Positions 1-12,180 of a stretch of 64,000 nucleotides of DNA are shown here, in pieces. The DNA is from Octopus vulgaris (taxonomy: Eukaryota), in the NCBI GenBank assembly GCA_951406725.2, contig OX597839.1:37572001-37636000 (forward strand). The letters are read 5' to 3'. Position numbers and translations under genes: made by a program. Below the pieces are notes generated by a model. It saw nothing but the letters and a program-made list of their open reading frames with translations, did no database searches and was not told where the DNA came from. Position 1 is the stretch's first letter. Each line of letters opens with the position of its first letter.

Positions 1-1660
1 GTAGGTACTCCTTCGTGTGTATCCTACATGTAGGATACACATGTAGCCCAGATACATGTGTATCCTACATAGAGGGGTTTTGTTGGGATGGAGAGTGGTA
101 CTGTTGAAATATTGTGTGGGGTAGAGTGTGTGAATGTGGGTATATTATGTGGGGTGGGCGGTGGGTGTATTTTGTTTGGTGGGCTGTGAGTACATTATGT
201 GGGGTGGGTTGTGGGTACATCGTGTCGGGTGAAATGTGGGAATATTGTGTTGGGTGGAGAGTGGGACGGTTGGTATGTTGTATGAGGTGGGGCGTGGAAT
301 TGTGGGTATATTGTGTGGGGTGGAGTGTAGGACAGTGGGTACGTTCTGTGTGAGAAGAGGAGTGTGGCAGCATGTTCAGCAACACATATCCATGTTCGAC
401 AGGGGATACATTGTGTGTGTGCATGTGGTGGGAGGGACGTAGTATGGAAGAGATGGGGTATAGTGTGTAGGGGTCTTGAAGATGCATTGTAGTATGGAAT
501 GTTGTGTGGTGTTGTATGGTGGATGAGGACATACTGTATATGTGTAGTGTTTTGTGGTAGTGAGGCCATGTGTGTGTGATATGATGTGGATGTCTGAGCC
601 ATATGTTCTTATATTCTTAAGACATTTGGGTGTTGTTTGTAGCTGTTAATTCTTGCATATCAAACGACCTATCATGACTTCCTTATCTGTTCATGGATGG
701 AGTGGTTATTTATAACTCAGTTCCTTCTCTTCAGGTTTAACTAACCATATAATATTGAAATAAGAGGAACCTGTCATTTGTCAACCAGGTAGACTGGGGC
801 AAGCGTAGTTATGCCTCTTTGTTCAACGGCAGTAGTAGTCCAGTACCTTAACCTCCAATATTTACGCTCCGCAGATTGTATACAAACTCAGTGGATAGCA
901 ACTCTGGTGACACACTACACCACTGCTTCTTAAAGCGGATGGTACTGATCCTTGGGGTTATGGGTGGGAGTGGAAAATCTTACATAAGTACTGCAGATAT
1001 ATGGGGTGATAAAGGAGTGATATCATCATCATCATCATCAATCCTTGGCATTCCTGTATTGAGTCCGAGAACTCATTTGGCTGGTTACTCAGTTTTCATG
1101 GCACGTATCACCAAGATCACAATGTCACCCTTGAACTGGACACAGTCCATCTCACGGTTATGAATTTACAGCTGAGTGGATTTAAGCCATGTGAAATGAA
1201 ATGTTTTGTTCATGAACACGATGCACCACCCAGTCTGGGAACTGAAACCACAATCTTGCAACTGTGAATGCAACACTCTTACCACCAGCCCATTCCCAGT
1301 GAAGCCATGAGGTTTTTGAAGCAAATTTCTTAACCATACAGCCATGCCTGTGGCATTGTAGACGAAAAATAGCTGAGGGTTTTTAATATGCAAACAAGAA
1401 GGATTGGTGTCTGTCATCATATCACTGTTTTAATGCCTACTTTTCTATGCTTTCATGGGTCGGACAAAATTTGTCAAGGAAGAATTTCTCCAGCTGGACA
1501 CTTTTCCCGTCACCAACCTTCACCTGTTTCAAGTTAGGTAATATTTCCCCTAATATGATTACCACAGAGCTCTGAAAACAAACACCTTTTCCATGATGGT
1601 GACATTTGCTTACAATTATCATATGAACTCAAGATAAGGGGACTACACATTTACACATAT

Positions 1661-2040
1661 GCAGGAGTGGCTATGTGGTAAGTAGCTTGCTAATCAACCA
1701 CATGGTTCCGGGTTCAGTAGCATCTTGGGCAAGTGTCTTCTGCTATAGCCCCGGGCCGACCAATGCCTTGTGAGTGGATTTGGTTGACGGAAACTGAAAG
1801 AAGCCTGTTGTGTATATGTATATATTTATGTATGTGTTTGTGTGTCTGTGTTTGTCCCCCTAGCATTGCTTGACAACCGATGCTGGTATGTTTACGTCCC
1901 CGTCACTTAGCGGTTCGGCAAAAGAGACCGATAGAATAAGTACTGGGCTTCAAAGAATAAGTCCCGGGGTTGATTTCCTCGACTTAAGGCGGTGCTCCAG
2001 CATGGCCGCAGTCAAATGACTGAAACAAGTAAAAAAAAAA
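1661..2040 (+). mobile_element. SINE family A (tRNA-derived head, internal TA/TG microsatellite, tail ...gactgaaacaagtaaaag)
   Basis: A-box tggctatgtgg and B-box ggttcagt; about 25 related copies in the window. Confidence 0.85.
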
Positions 2041-2058
2041 TACAAATACATACATACA

Positions 2059-2105
<47 letters not shown>

Positions 2106-2276
2106 GTACCAGGTTAGCCTTCTTTCAGTTTCCATCTACCAAATCCACTCGTAAAGCTGTGGTCGGCCCAGGGCTGTAGTAGAAGCTACTTGCCCAAGGT
2201 GGCATGCAGTGGGATGGCTTTGAATAAACCTTCGTCTTTCTCCTATCTTTCTTTCATCACATGATGGCGTTACCAG

Positions 2277-2388
2277 GAATGTGGTCCAGTACCACAGTTG
2301 AACACAGAAGAGAGATTGTGTAATTAGTGACTAAATAGTGTTTTGTTGTGTTGTCGTGGCAATGAATTTCAATGCTTCTGTAGAATTG
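2277..2388 (+). other. Candidate non-coding (5' UTR) exon
   Basis: Polypyrimidine tract 2229-2260, ccAG at 2275-76, donor G|GTAAGT at 2389, unique sequence between SINEs. Confidence 0.35.
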
Positions 2389-3544
2389 GTAAGTTTATAT
2401 TGTGCTATTAGATTGTGTGTGTGTCTCTCTCTTTTTCTCTCTATTTCTATATATATATATATGTATATATACATACATACATACATACACACACATACAC
2501 ATGCAGATATACATACATAGATAAATTTATGTGGTATCAACAAGTAGAATAGCAGTCGATCAGCTAAGAGAATAAAGATAATGTTATAATGTTGTATTTT
2601 ACAAGATCTGTGGTTTTTATTAAATATATATATATATATATATAGTTAGTTAATCCAAACAAGAAAGCACAAAAAAACATAACAACGAGAGGACGTGGAA
2701 CAGATATAGTATTATTGGACGCTCAGGAAAGAAGGAAAGAAGGAGGGTTTAACGTTTCGAGCAGAGTTCTTCGTTGGATACATAGGAGAAGGAAAGACAG
2801 AGGAAAAAAATCGCCAATATATATATATATATATATATATATTTAAGTCACAATATATGGGTTGTACTCATATCCAGTTGTACTCATAAAAAAATACTCC
2901 ATAATGTATCATTCTACATAACATAGAGAATATATAGTCTGATACAATTTGTCGTGGTATTAGTAAAAAATTTCACCAAACTATTTCTCATTCATTTATG
3001 ACTGGGGACGTAACAAACACCATCCGATCGTGGCCGTCCGCCAGCCTCATCTGGCACCTGTGTCGGTGGCACATAAAAACACCATCCGAGCGTGGCCGTC
3101 TGCCAGCCTCGTCTGGCACCTGTGTCGGTGGCACATAAAAACACCATCCGAGCGTGGCCGTTCGCCAGCCTCGTCTGGCACCTGTGTCGGTGGCACATAA
3201 AATCACCCACTACACTCTCGGAGTGGTTGGCGTTAGGAAGGGCATCCAGCTGTAGAAACACTGCCAGATCTGACTGGCCTGGTGCAGCCTTCGGGCTCCC
3301 CAGACCCCAGTTGAACCGTCCAACCCATGCTAGCATGGAAAACGGACGCTAAATGATGATGATGATGATGATGATATATATATATATATATATAATCAAA
3401 ATAAGCAACAAGAATATCCAGAGATATTGTTGCTTATTTTGATTCTAATCACCTTACTTTGAAATTGTATGGATAATACCGTACTAAATTCTGAAGCCTC
3501 AACTTATGTACCATATTCATCTGAATCTATATCTATATATATAT

Positions 3545-3750
3545 AGTCAATCCAAGCAATAACAAGCAAGATAAAACAAGAATGCAAGGACGTGGAATAA
3601 GTACTGTATTATTGGATGCTCAGGAAAGGAAAGGAAAGAAAAGAAAGAGGATTTCACGTTTCGAGCAGAGCTCTTCATCAGAAATATAGAAAAAGTCCAA
3701 AGAAGGGAAGACGGAGAAAAAAAATTGCCAACAATACACGTGCAGTCACA
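3545..3750 (-). mobile_element. Penelope-like terminal-repeat fragment with minimal hammerhead core at 3651-3685 (related degenerate copy 2645-2820)
   Basis: Minus strand AUUU-CUGAUGA-A-GAGC-UCU-GCUC-GAAA-CGUG-AAAU; flanked by (TA)n. Confidence 0.55.
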
Positions 3751-3753
3751 CAC

Positions 3754-3784
<31 letters not shown>

Positions 3785-3916
3785 CATACATATAACAATT
3801 AAGGAGTGACCCTAACAGGTCATTCGTCCACCAGAAAGAGCAGCCATAACTCACACCGCCAAGTAGTAGTAATTCAGAAATTAGGTGAAAATTCAAAAAC
3901 ATTTACCCTAATTCAT

Positions 3917-4016
3917 CTTTTAGACGTTGCAACGTTTCTGTGTCATTAATGATTAAATTAGCTTAATTAAATTAAATTAAGCTAATCTACCATAGGTTAC
4001 ACTTCATCAGTAAAAA
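3917..4016 (-). ncRNA. Type I hammerhead-ribozyme-like motif in a Penelope-like remnant
   Basis: Minus strand reads UUUUUA-CUGAUGA-A-GUGU...ACAC-A-GAAA-CGUUGCAACG-UC-UAAAAG: conserved core, stem I, long stem II, palindromic stem III, GUC triplet. Confidence 0.65.
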
Positions 4017-4249
4017 ACCTGGGAGAGACAAATATACACGAGGCGTCTGTATCGATGCCTACGAAATATCTGTCTTAAAATTTTACATATATTCGGAGTG
4101 GTTGGCGTTAGGAAGGGCATCCAGCTGTAGAAACACTGCCACATCTGACTGGCCTGGTGCAGCCTTCGGGCTTCCCAGACCCCAGTTGAACCGTCCAACC
4201 CATGCTAGCATGGAAAGCGGACGTTAAACGATGATGATGATGATGATGA

Positions 4250-4293
<44 letters not shown>

Positions 4294-4574
4294 GGCTGAT
4301 TCATGTTTCTCTGTGTGTACGTATAAATATTGCTTTATATGTGTGTGTATACACACATGCATGCATACACACACACACACACATATATACACATATTAAT
4401 GTTTGTTTTTATGTCAAGTTATCATAAAAACAATTTAAAACTTTCAATGGATTGTTTGACAATCCGGAGAAGGCTGGCAAGTAAAAACTTCAAAGTCACC
4501 GAAGTCACCACTTTTCTTGTACAAGTATTTTATGTATGTTTGTGTGTATATATATATGTGTGTGTGTGTGTATT

Positions 4575-4764
4575 CTTTTATTTGTTTATCAGTTTCAGTC
4601 ATTTGACTGCAGCCATGCTGGAGGATGGCCTTTAGTTGAGCAAATTGACCCCAGGACTTATTCTTTGTAAGCCTAGTATTTATTATATTAGTAATTTTTG
4701 TTGAATTGCTAAGTTATGGGGACGTACACACACAAACATCGGTTGCCAAGCAATGGTGAGGGTA

Positions 4765-4798
<34 letters not shown>

Positions 4799-4960
4799 AT
4801 GGAATTCTTTCAGTTTCCATCTACTAAATCCACTCACAAGGCTTTGGTTGGCCCGAGGCTATAGTAGAAGACGTTTGCCCAAAGTGCCACGCAAGTGGGA
4901 CTGAACCCAGAACCATGTGGTTCGTAAGCAAGCTACTTACCACACAGCCATTGCTACGCC
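4575..4960 (-). mobile_element. SINE family A
   Basis: Reverse complement of family A. Confidence 0.8.
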
Positions 4961-6658
4961 TGTGTAAATTTTTTTTTGTATGTATGTGCATGTGTGTATC
5001 TGTGCATATGTATGTGTGTATGTGCATCTGTGTTTGGTTTTAGGGAATTGTAAATATATGTGTGTGTGTGTGTCTGTGTGTTATGTAACTTTAACGAGAT
5101 AGAAATGGTCAACCTCTGTCAACTCACACACAGCTGACATTTTAGGTTTTCCTCCTATGTTTTTCCTCTTTTCTTTTTCTGCCTTTCCTCCACCTCCTCC
5201 TCCTCTTCTCTTTCCCCCCTCCTCTCTCATCAGGTCATCTTCACATCACCTTGCAAGTCATCATGTCACCACCACCACCACCACCACAACAACAACAATG
5301 ACCACCACCGCCGCCATCACCACCAGAGCCATATCGCTACTACCACCACCAACACCACCATTCCTACTACTACTACTACCACCACTACCACCAACACCAC
5401 CATTACTACTACTACTACTACCACCACCACCACCACCATTACTACTACTACTACTACTACCACCACTACTACCAACACCACCATTACTACTATTACCACC
5501 ACCACCACTACTACCATCACCACCATTACTACTACTACTACTGCTGCCAGCATCACACTTTTGCTAGAAATAGCAGTCATGTCACTTTGAAATTGCACTC
5601 TACTTTCTTGTGTATGGTTGAGCCAATGAGACCTCTGCATGGGTACCGAGAACATATTAGAAATAACAGCCAAGTCTCTCACAAATGACACCATCGAACA
5701 TCTTGAAACGAAGGAAAGGGAACATTGGATAATGTAGTTCAGCTCTCCCGCACCACACCAAGGAAAAAAAAAGATGGAATGGTCATAAGTGGAAAACCTT
5801 TGATCATAGGTCAACTTGACCCCAGAGCTGAACTGGGGGTAGCTGACACCAGCAAACAATGACTCCCAGTAAACCTAATCAATCCCTGCCACCAACACCA
5901 CCACCACCACTACTGTCACCACCATAACCTCTTCTACCCTTGTCACCATCACTACTATACTACCACCATCACAATGACCACCACCACTACCACCACCACC
6001 TCTTAGTGCAGAATTTTGTGAATTTGAGATTACAAGATTAATAAAAAGCATGCCTGCAGATGTGTGTTGTGTCCGTCCGTCCATCTGTTCGTCCGTCTGT
6101 CTGTCTGTCCGTCCATCTGTCCGTCTGTCTGTCTGTCCGTCTGTCTGTCTCTATTCCTCTTTCTGTTGTCTACCTACCTATCTATCTATCTATCTATCTA
6201 TCTATGTGTCTGTCTGACTGTCTTTTCATCTTTCTGTCTGTCTGTCTGTCTCTATCTTTATGAATGTGTATGTGTGTGCATGTGTGTGTGTATGCATGCA
6301 TATATAAATGTATATGTGTACATGTATATATATGTGTGTGTGTATATATTTACAGGAGTATGTATATATGCATATACATATATACATGTCTGTGTTTTGT
6401 GGATTGCAACTGTAAAATAAGAGTCTTTATAGTTCTATCCAACTCATACAGTCTTCTTTAGATTTGTGGTCTCCTAGATCTTTGATTCAAGAATATTCAC
6501 ATATATATTGGCGTTAGGAAGGGCATCCAGCTGTAGAAACACTGCCACATCTGACTGGCCTGGTGCAGCCTTCGGGCTTCCCAGACCCCAGTTGAACCGT
6601 CCAACCCATGCTAGCATGGAAAGCGGACGTTAAACGATGATGATGATGATGATGATGA

Positions 6659-6704
<46 letters not shown>

Positions 6705-6825
6705 ATGTCTATGTATATACATATATCTATGTATATGTGAGTATCTATATGTTTGTTTGTATATGTGTATGTATATACATATGTATATGTATGAGTATCT
6801 GTATGTTTTTATGTATGTGTATGTA

Positions 6826-6873
<48 letters not shown>

Positions 6874-7350
6874 CATATGACTACACACACACGTGCACGT
6901 ATACAAATGCTGCTTTATGTATGTGCTTCTGTTTATCTCTGTGATCAGTAACAAGATGAAATAGCATGTGTGTGTGTGTGTGTGTGTGTATTGTAGGACA
7001 GATGTCTTTATATTTTTTTGAATCAAAATAGAAACAGGACAGAGATAGAGAGATTTTACGTAGGTAAGTAGCTTGATAGGAGGGCGATGGAGAGAGATAA
7101 CCGGCACTGCGTCAGTGATGAAGACAAGTGGTTCCGCTCAATCCTATCAACAGAACTGCCTGCTTGTGAAATTAATGCACAAGTGGCTGAGCACTCCTTA
7201 GACACGCATATCCTTAATGTTCTCAGGGAGACTTAGTGTGACACAGAATGGGACAAGGCCGGTCATTTGAAATACAGTGATCCCTCGCTACCTCGTGGTT
7301 CAACTGTTGCGGATTCACGACTTCGTGGATTTAAAAAATATATATATATA

Positions 7351-7829
7351 ACCAAAATCGAAGTCGATCAACATCAATGGAAATTGCAGCAGTGATACCA
7401 GTGCCGGTGGCACGTAAGCGAACCATCTGATCGTGGCCGTTGCCAGCCTCCGTGCTGGTGCCATGTAAAAAGCACCATCCGATTCTGGCCGTTTGCCAGC
7501 CTCGCCCGGCCCCTGTGCTGGTGGCACGTAAAAAGCACCATCCGATCGTGGCTATTTTGCCAGCCTCGCCTGGCCCCTGTGCCGGTGGCACGTAAAAAGC
7601 ACCATCCGATCATGGCCGTTTGCCAGCCTCGTCTGGCACCTGTGCCAGTGGCATGTAAAAAGCACCCACTACACTCACGGAGTGGTTGGCGTTAGGAAGG
7701 GCATCCAGCTGTAGAAACATTGCCAGATCAGACTGGGCCTGGTGCAGCCTTCTGGCTTCCCAGACCCCAGTTGAACCGTCCAACCCATGCTAGCATGGAA
7801 AGCGGATGCTAAACGATGATGATGATGAT
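7351..7829 (+). mobile_element. SINE-like family B with internal ~63-bp tandem units and (GAT)n tail. Other copies near 3005-3374, 4094-4252, 6508-6660, 11370-11665, 14418-14702, 17165-17530, 25181-25537(-), 37298-37480, 45467-45695(-), 49652-50008, 51905-52225, 62268-62597(-)
   Basis: Unit gtgccggtggcacgtaaaaagcaccatccgatcgtggccgtttgccagcctcg; invariant 3' end ccatgctagcatggaaagcggacgttaaacgatgatgat; variable 5' truncation typical of retroposition. Confidence 0.8.
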
Positions 7830-9078
7830 CCTTAATGTTCTTAGGGAGATTCAGCATGACACAGAATGGGACAAGGCTGGTCATTTGAAATACAGTGATC
7901 CCTTACTACTTCGCGGTTCAACTGTCACGGATTCATGACTTCGCGAATTTAAAAATATATATATATATATATATGAACACCTAAAATGTTTCATTAAATC
8001 CATTAAAATATTAATAATAAATATTATTTCCTTGTCTAGGAACAACAAAACAAGCGTAAAATAGCAAAAAAGCATATACAGGGGTATTTGAACTTAAGAC
8101 GGGCTGTTATTGGCACCACTGTCAGCTTCATCATCATCATCTCTACTGCGCAGCTAATTCATCACCATCATACTATGTTCCATCAATCTTTTGTCAGAAA
8201 ATGGTCATTAAATGACGACGCTGACATAGTCCTTATGTGTAGATTTTCAAAGATTGTAGGTTGTGATTTGAGGGAAATTTAGCTGCTATTTTTAGTTGTT
8301 TCAGTGACATTGACGCTTTCTTTGTTGCTGTTTATCCCCAGGTCAGTCCTAATGAAAAGTTTTCCAGCTGTGACCATCCCATCTGTATATCACAAGCTAC
8401 AGAGCCTTATCTAACTTTTCAAGGACTGTAGGAAGTGATTTGAGTGATACTTAGCTGTTGTTTCTAACTGTTTCAATGGCATCAACTCTTTTTTTTTTTT
8501 TTTTGCTGTTGTTACTTAGCCCCAGATCAGTCCTGATCAAAGCTGTTCCAGCTGTGACCATCCCATCTATTTGTATAGATGACAATTAGAGTCTAGTCAG
8601 CTCCTGTCAAACTGTCCAACCCATGCCAGCATGGAAAACAGACGTTAAATGATGATAATGATAATGAAGATATAATAAGATGCAGGTGTGCCTGTGCAGT
8701 AAGAAATTTGCTTTCTCACTACATTGTTCTGGGTTCAGTCCCACTGTGTGGCACCTTGGGCCAGTGACTTCCACTACAGCGTCAGGCTGACCAAAGCCTT
8801 GTCAGTGGATTTGGCAGACAGAAATTGAAAGAAGCCTGTTGTGTATAGATGTGTGTACGTACATATGTACACATGTATGTATGTATGTATATATATGTAT
8901 ATATATAGCCGAAATTGCGAGGATGATCCGGTTCTTGACTGAAGATTAGAGACTTCGAATGACCCATCCGTTTTTTTGTGTCGTCTATTTGAATGTTTTG
9001 CGTTCTTGTCCCATTTTGTATTTTTATATATATTTTTTATACACACACTTAGGTATATATATATATATATATATATAC

Positions 9079-9390
9079 AGGCGTAGGAGTGGCTGTGTGG
9101 TAAGTAGCTTGTTTACCAACCACATGGTTCCGGGTTCAGTCCCACTGCGTGGCACCTGGGCAAATGTCTTCTACTATAGCCTCGGGCCGACCAAAGCCTT
9201 GTGAGTGGATTTGGTAGACGGAAACTGAAAGAAGCCCGTCGTATATATGTATATATATGTATGCGTGTGTGTGTTTGTCCCCCTAGCATTGCTTGACAAC
9301 CAATGCTGGTGTGTTTATATCCCCGTTACTTAGCGGTGCTCCAGCATGGCCGCAGTCAAGTGACTGAAACAAGTAAAAGAGTAAAAGATA
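9079..9390 (+). mobile_element. SINE family A with internal deletion
   Basis: Head and tail match; middle segment absent. Confidence 0.8.
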
Positions 9391-9403
9391 ATATATATAT
9401 ATG

Positions 9404-9473
<70 letters not shown>

Positions 9474-9659
9474 AATATATATATGTACATACACACATAT
9501 GCATGACAGGCTTCTTTCAATTTCTGTCTACCAAATCCACTCTCAAGGCTTTGGTTGGTGCGAGGCTACAGTAGAAGAGACCTGCCCAAGATGTCACGCA
9601 GAGGGACTGAACCCAGAACCATGCGATTGGGAAGCAATCTTCTAACTTCACAGCCACAT

Positions 9660-9729
<70 letters not shown>

Positions 9730-10944
9730 GGATAAGCAGAGTAATTAATAGACAGACAGAAAGTTGAGATGATGAAAGTCATTCACTGACCATATATAGC
9801 ATTATTCCAAAGAGGAAAAAGGGACGGGGGGGGGCTTTATTTATTTATTTATTTATTTATTCATTTCCTAATCTCCCTCTGATAACTGATGGGTGTGTGT
9901 GTCTGTGTGTGTGTGAGAGTGTGCAGGGGGTGGTGTTGGCAGTAGAGGTGGTGATGTAATGAAGTAAGGTATTACAGCCACTACATCCATCTCCCCTAGA
10001 CACGACAGAGAAATTGGAAGTTCTACTGAGACATAGTGCCCTCTCACTGCCGCCACCACTACTGCCCTCCCCCCACCCGCCACTGCCACCACCACCCCTG
10101 CCCACAACTACTGCTCCACCCCTGCCCCCCCCCCCCACTGCTGCCACCGCCACCAATCCTGTTTTCAAGACTTGAAGTATAAATAGAACTGAAATTGTAA
10201 AACTGTTTGAGATTCTTTGAGAGATATTGGTTAACATTGGGTGTACGGGGAGGGCGTGTATATATGTGTGTGTGGTGGGGCATGGTGATGTGTGTGTGTG
10301 TATGTGTGGTATTGGCTAATGTGTGTACATGTGTGTTGTATGATGTGTGTGGGTGTGTGTACATGTGTGTTGTATGATGTGTGTGGGTGTGTGTGTGTAT
10401 ATATATACGGGGTGGAGGGCTGTGTGTTTGTGCAACAAGCAGCAGGGGATGTTTGTGTGTGGGACTGAGGGGAGAGCAGTGTGTGTATGTGTGTGTGTGT
10501 GTGTGTGCAGGTGTTGTGTGTGTGTGCGGAGCTGTATTTGTGTGTGTGCAGGGGGGCTATTTGTGGGGACCATGTCTTATCCTGGATGTTCCACTGCCTC
10601 AAAGTTGGGGTGGAGTGGTGCTTGTGTAGGTGGGGGTGGGGTGGGGGAATGTGTATATATATATCTTTTATCTGTTAATAAGCACTGAAAACAATTAAAA
10701 CAATTAACAAAAGCCTGATACATGTTTACTTATCCATGTTCACGCATGGGTGACAGTTGGCTGTACTTTATAAATATCATCATCCTCATCATCATCGTCA
10801 TTCTAATATATTCACTTCACCATGTTCACATGGCAGATTGTCCTTAGCACAGATGCCCTTCTTGTCATCAACCCTTAAATCCTTTCCAGGCAATGTAATA
10901 TTTCCTGATGATAGGAAATTTTTTTCTCAAAAGATCAAAAGAAA

Positions 10945-11200
10945 GAAGCTTGTATGGTTCGCCGGATGTGCAGTTACTGTGTGTGTATGTATGACAGAGT
11001 GCAAGTGTTTTGAGAGGAAAGCTGGGCATAATGGACATCAGATGTAGTATGCAAGAGAAATGACTGCACTGGTATGGGCATATGATGCATGTGGATGAGG
11101 ACAACTATGTAAAGAAGTGCCAATTTTTAACTGTGGATGGAACTTGTGTAAGAGATAGACATAGGAGGGCATGGGACGAGATGGTGAAGCAAGATCTTTG
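10945..11200 (+). mobile_element. RTE-clade LINE ORF C-terminal fragment, decayed
   Basis: QEK*LHWYGHMMHVDEDNYVKKCQFLTVDGTCVRDRHRRAWDEMVKQDL matches the RTE motif RLRWYGHV.RM...G.R.RGRP.KTW...V..DL. Confidence 0.8.
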
Positions 11201-11838
11201 AGTAAGGTATTACAGCCACTACATCCCTCCTAGACATCACAGAGAAATGGAAGTTTTACTGAGACATAGTATCCTCTCACTGCCACCACTGCCACCACTA
11301 CTGCCCCCCACTGCCACCACCACTGCAACCACAACTACTCCACCCCCACTGCTGACACCACCAATCAGATGATGACAAGTGACTGAGTCCTTTGGTGATG
11401 AGCCATGCATGAGAAGACTCACCAAGCCAAGTGAAATCCTAGTCGTGGCCATTGCTGGTGTCAAATAAATGGTACCCGTGCCGGTGGAACGTAAAAAGTA
11501 CCCATTGCATTCTTGGAGTGGTTGGTGTTAGGAAGGGCATCCAGTGATAGAAAACCATGCCAAATCAGACTAGAGTCTGGTGCAGCCTTCCAGCTTACCA
11601 GTCCTGGTCAAGCCGTGTAACCCATGCCTGCATGGAAAGCAGATGCTAAATGATGATGATGATGATTGGAAATGGACACTGTTCATATGAGTACCATTAA
11701 AGCAGTTTGTTCTGTGTGCTAATGATTTCTGACAGCTCACTGCCTTGTGTTGATTAATAATAGCAATTATTTCTTGTATAAGTACAAGAATTTGGAATTT
11801 TGGGGATGGGACTAGTTAATTACATTGACCCCCAGTCT

Positions 11839-11932
11839 TCAGAAAAGGTACCACAGGGATAACCAGCTTGTGGTGGCCAAGCGTTCACAGCAACGTTGGT
11901 TTTTGATCCTTTGATGTCGGTTCTTCCTATCA
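11839..11932 (+). pseudogene. 94-bp 28S rRNA fragment (domain V, peptidyl-transferase region)
   Basis: tcagaaaaggtaccacagggataaccagcttgtggtggccaagcgttcacagcaacgttggtttttgatcctttgatgtcggttcttcctatca matches the conserved eukaryotic LSU motif with roughly ten substitutions. Confidence 0.9.
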
Positions 11933-11949
11933 ACTGGTACTTATTTTAT

Positions 11950-12180
11950 GGCGGCGAGCTGGCAGAAACGTTAACACGTCGGGCGAAATGCTTAGCGGTA
12001 TTTCGGCTGCCGTTACGTTGTGAGTTCAAATTCCGCCGAGGTCGACTTTGCCTTTCATCCTTTTGGGGTCGATAAATTAAGTACCAGTTACGCACTGGGG
12101 TCGATGTAATCGACTTAATACCTATGTCTGTCATTGTTTGTCCCCTCTATGTTTAGCCCCTTGTGGGTAATAAAGAAATA
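11950..12180 (+). mobile_element. Full-length tRNA-head SINE, family C, with 14-bp TSD, nested in an older opposite-strand family C copy (~11790-12290)
   Basis: Starts ggcggcgagctggcagaaacg; B-box-like gagttcaaatt; TSD ggtacttattttat at 11936-11949 and 12181-12194. Confidence 0.9.

Noticed and set aside
65-602. His/Thr/Pro-rich ORFs
   Set aside because: GT-rich low-complexity DNA open in several frames.
1661-1730. tRNA-like A/B boxes as tRNA genes
   Set aside because: They are SINE heads continuing into repeat bodies, with no complete cloverleaf.
2255-2377. Minus-strand frame SIEIHCHDNTTKHYLVTNYT... and a possible last exon near 930-991
   Set aside because: Phases do not join, no recognisable homology, and + strand splice signals are stronger.
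11839-11932. Functional rRNA gene
   Set aside because: Only 94 bp, mutated at conserved positions and embedded in a SINE.
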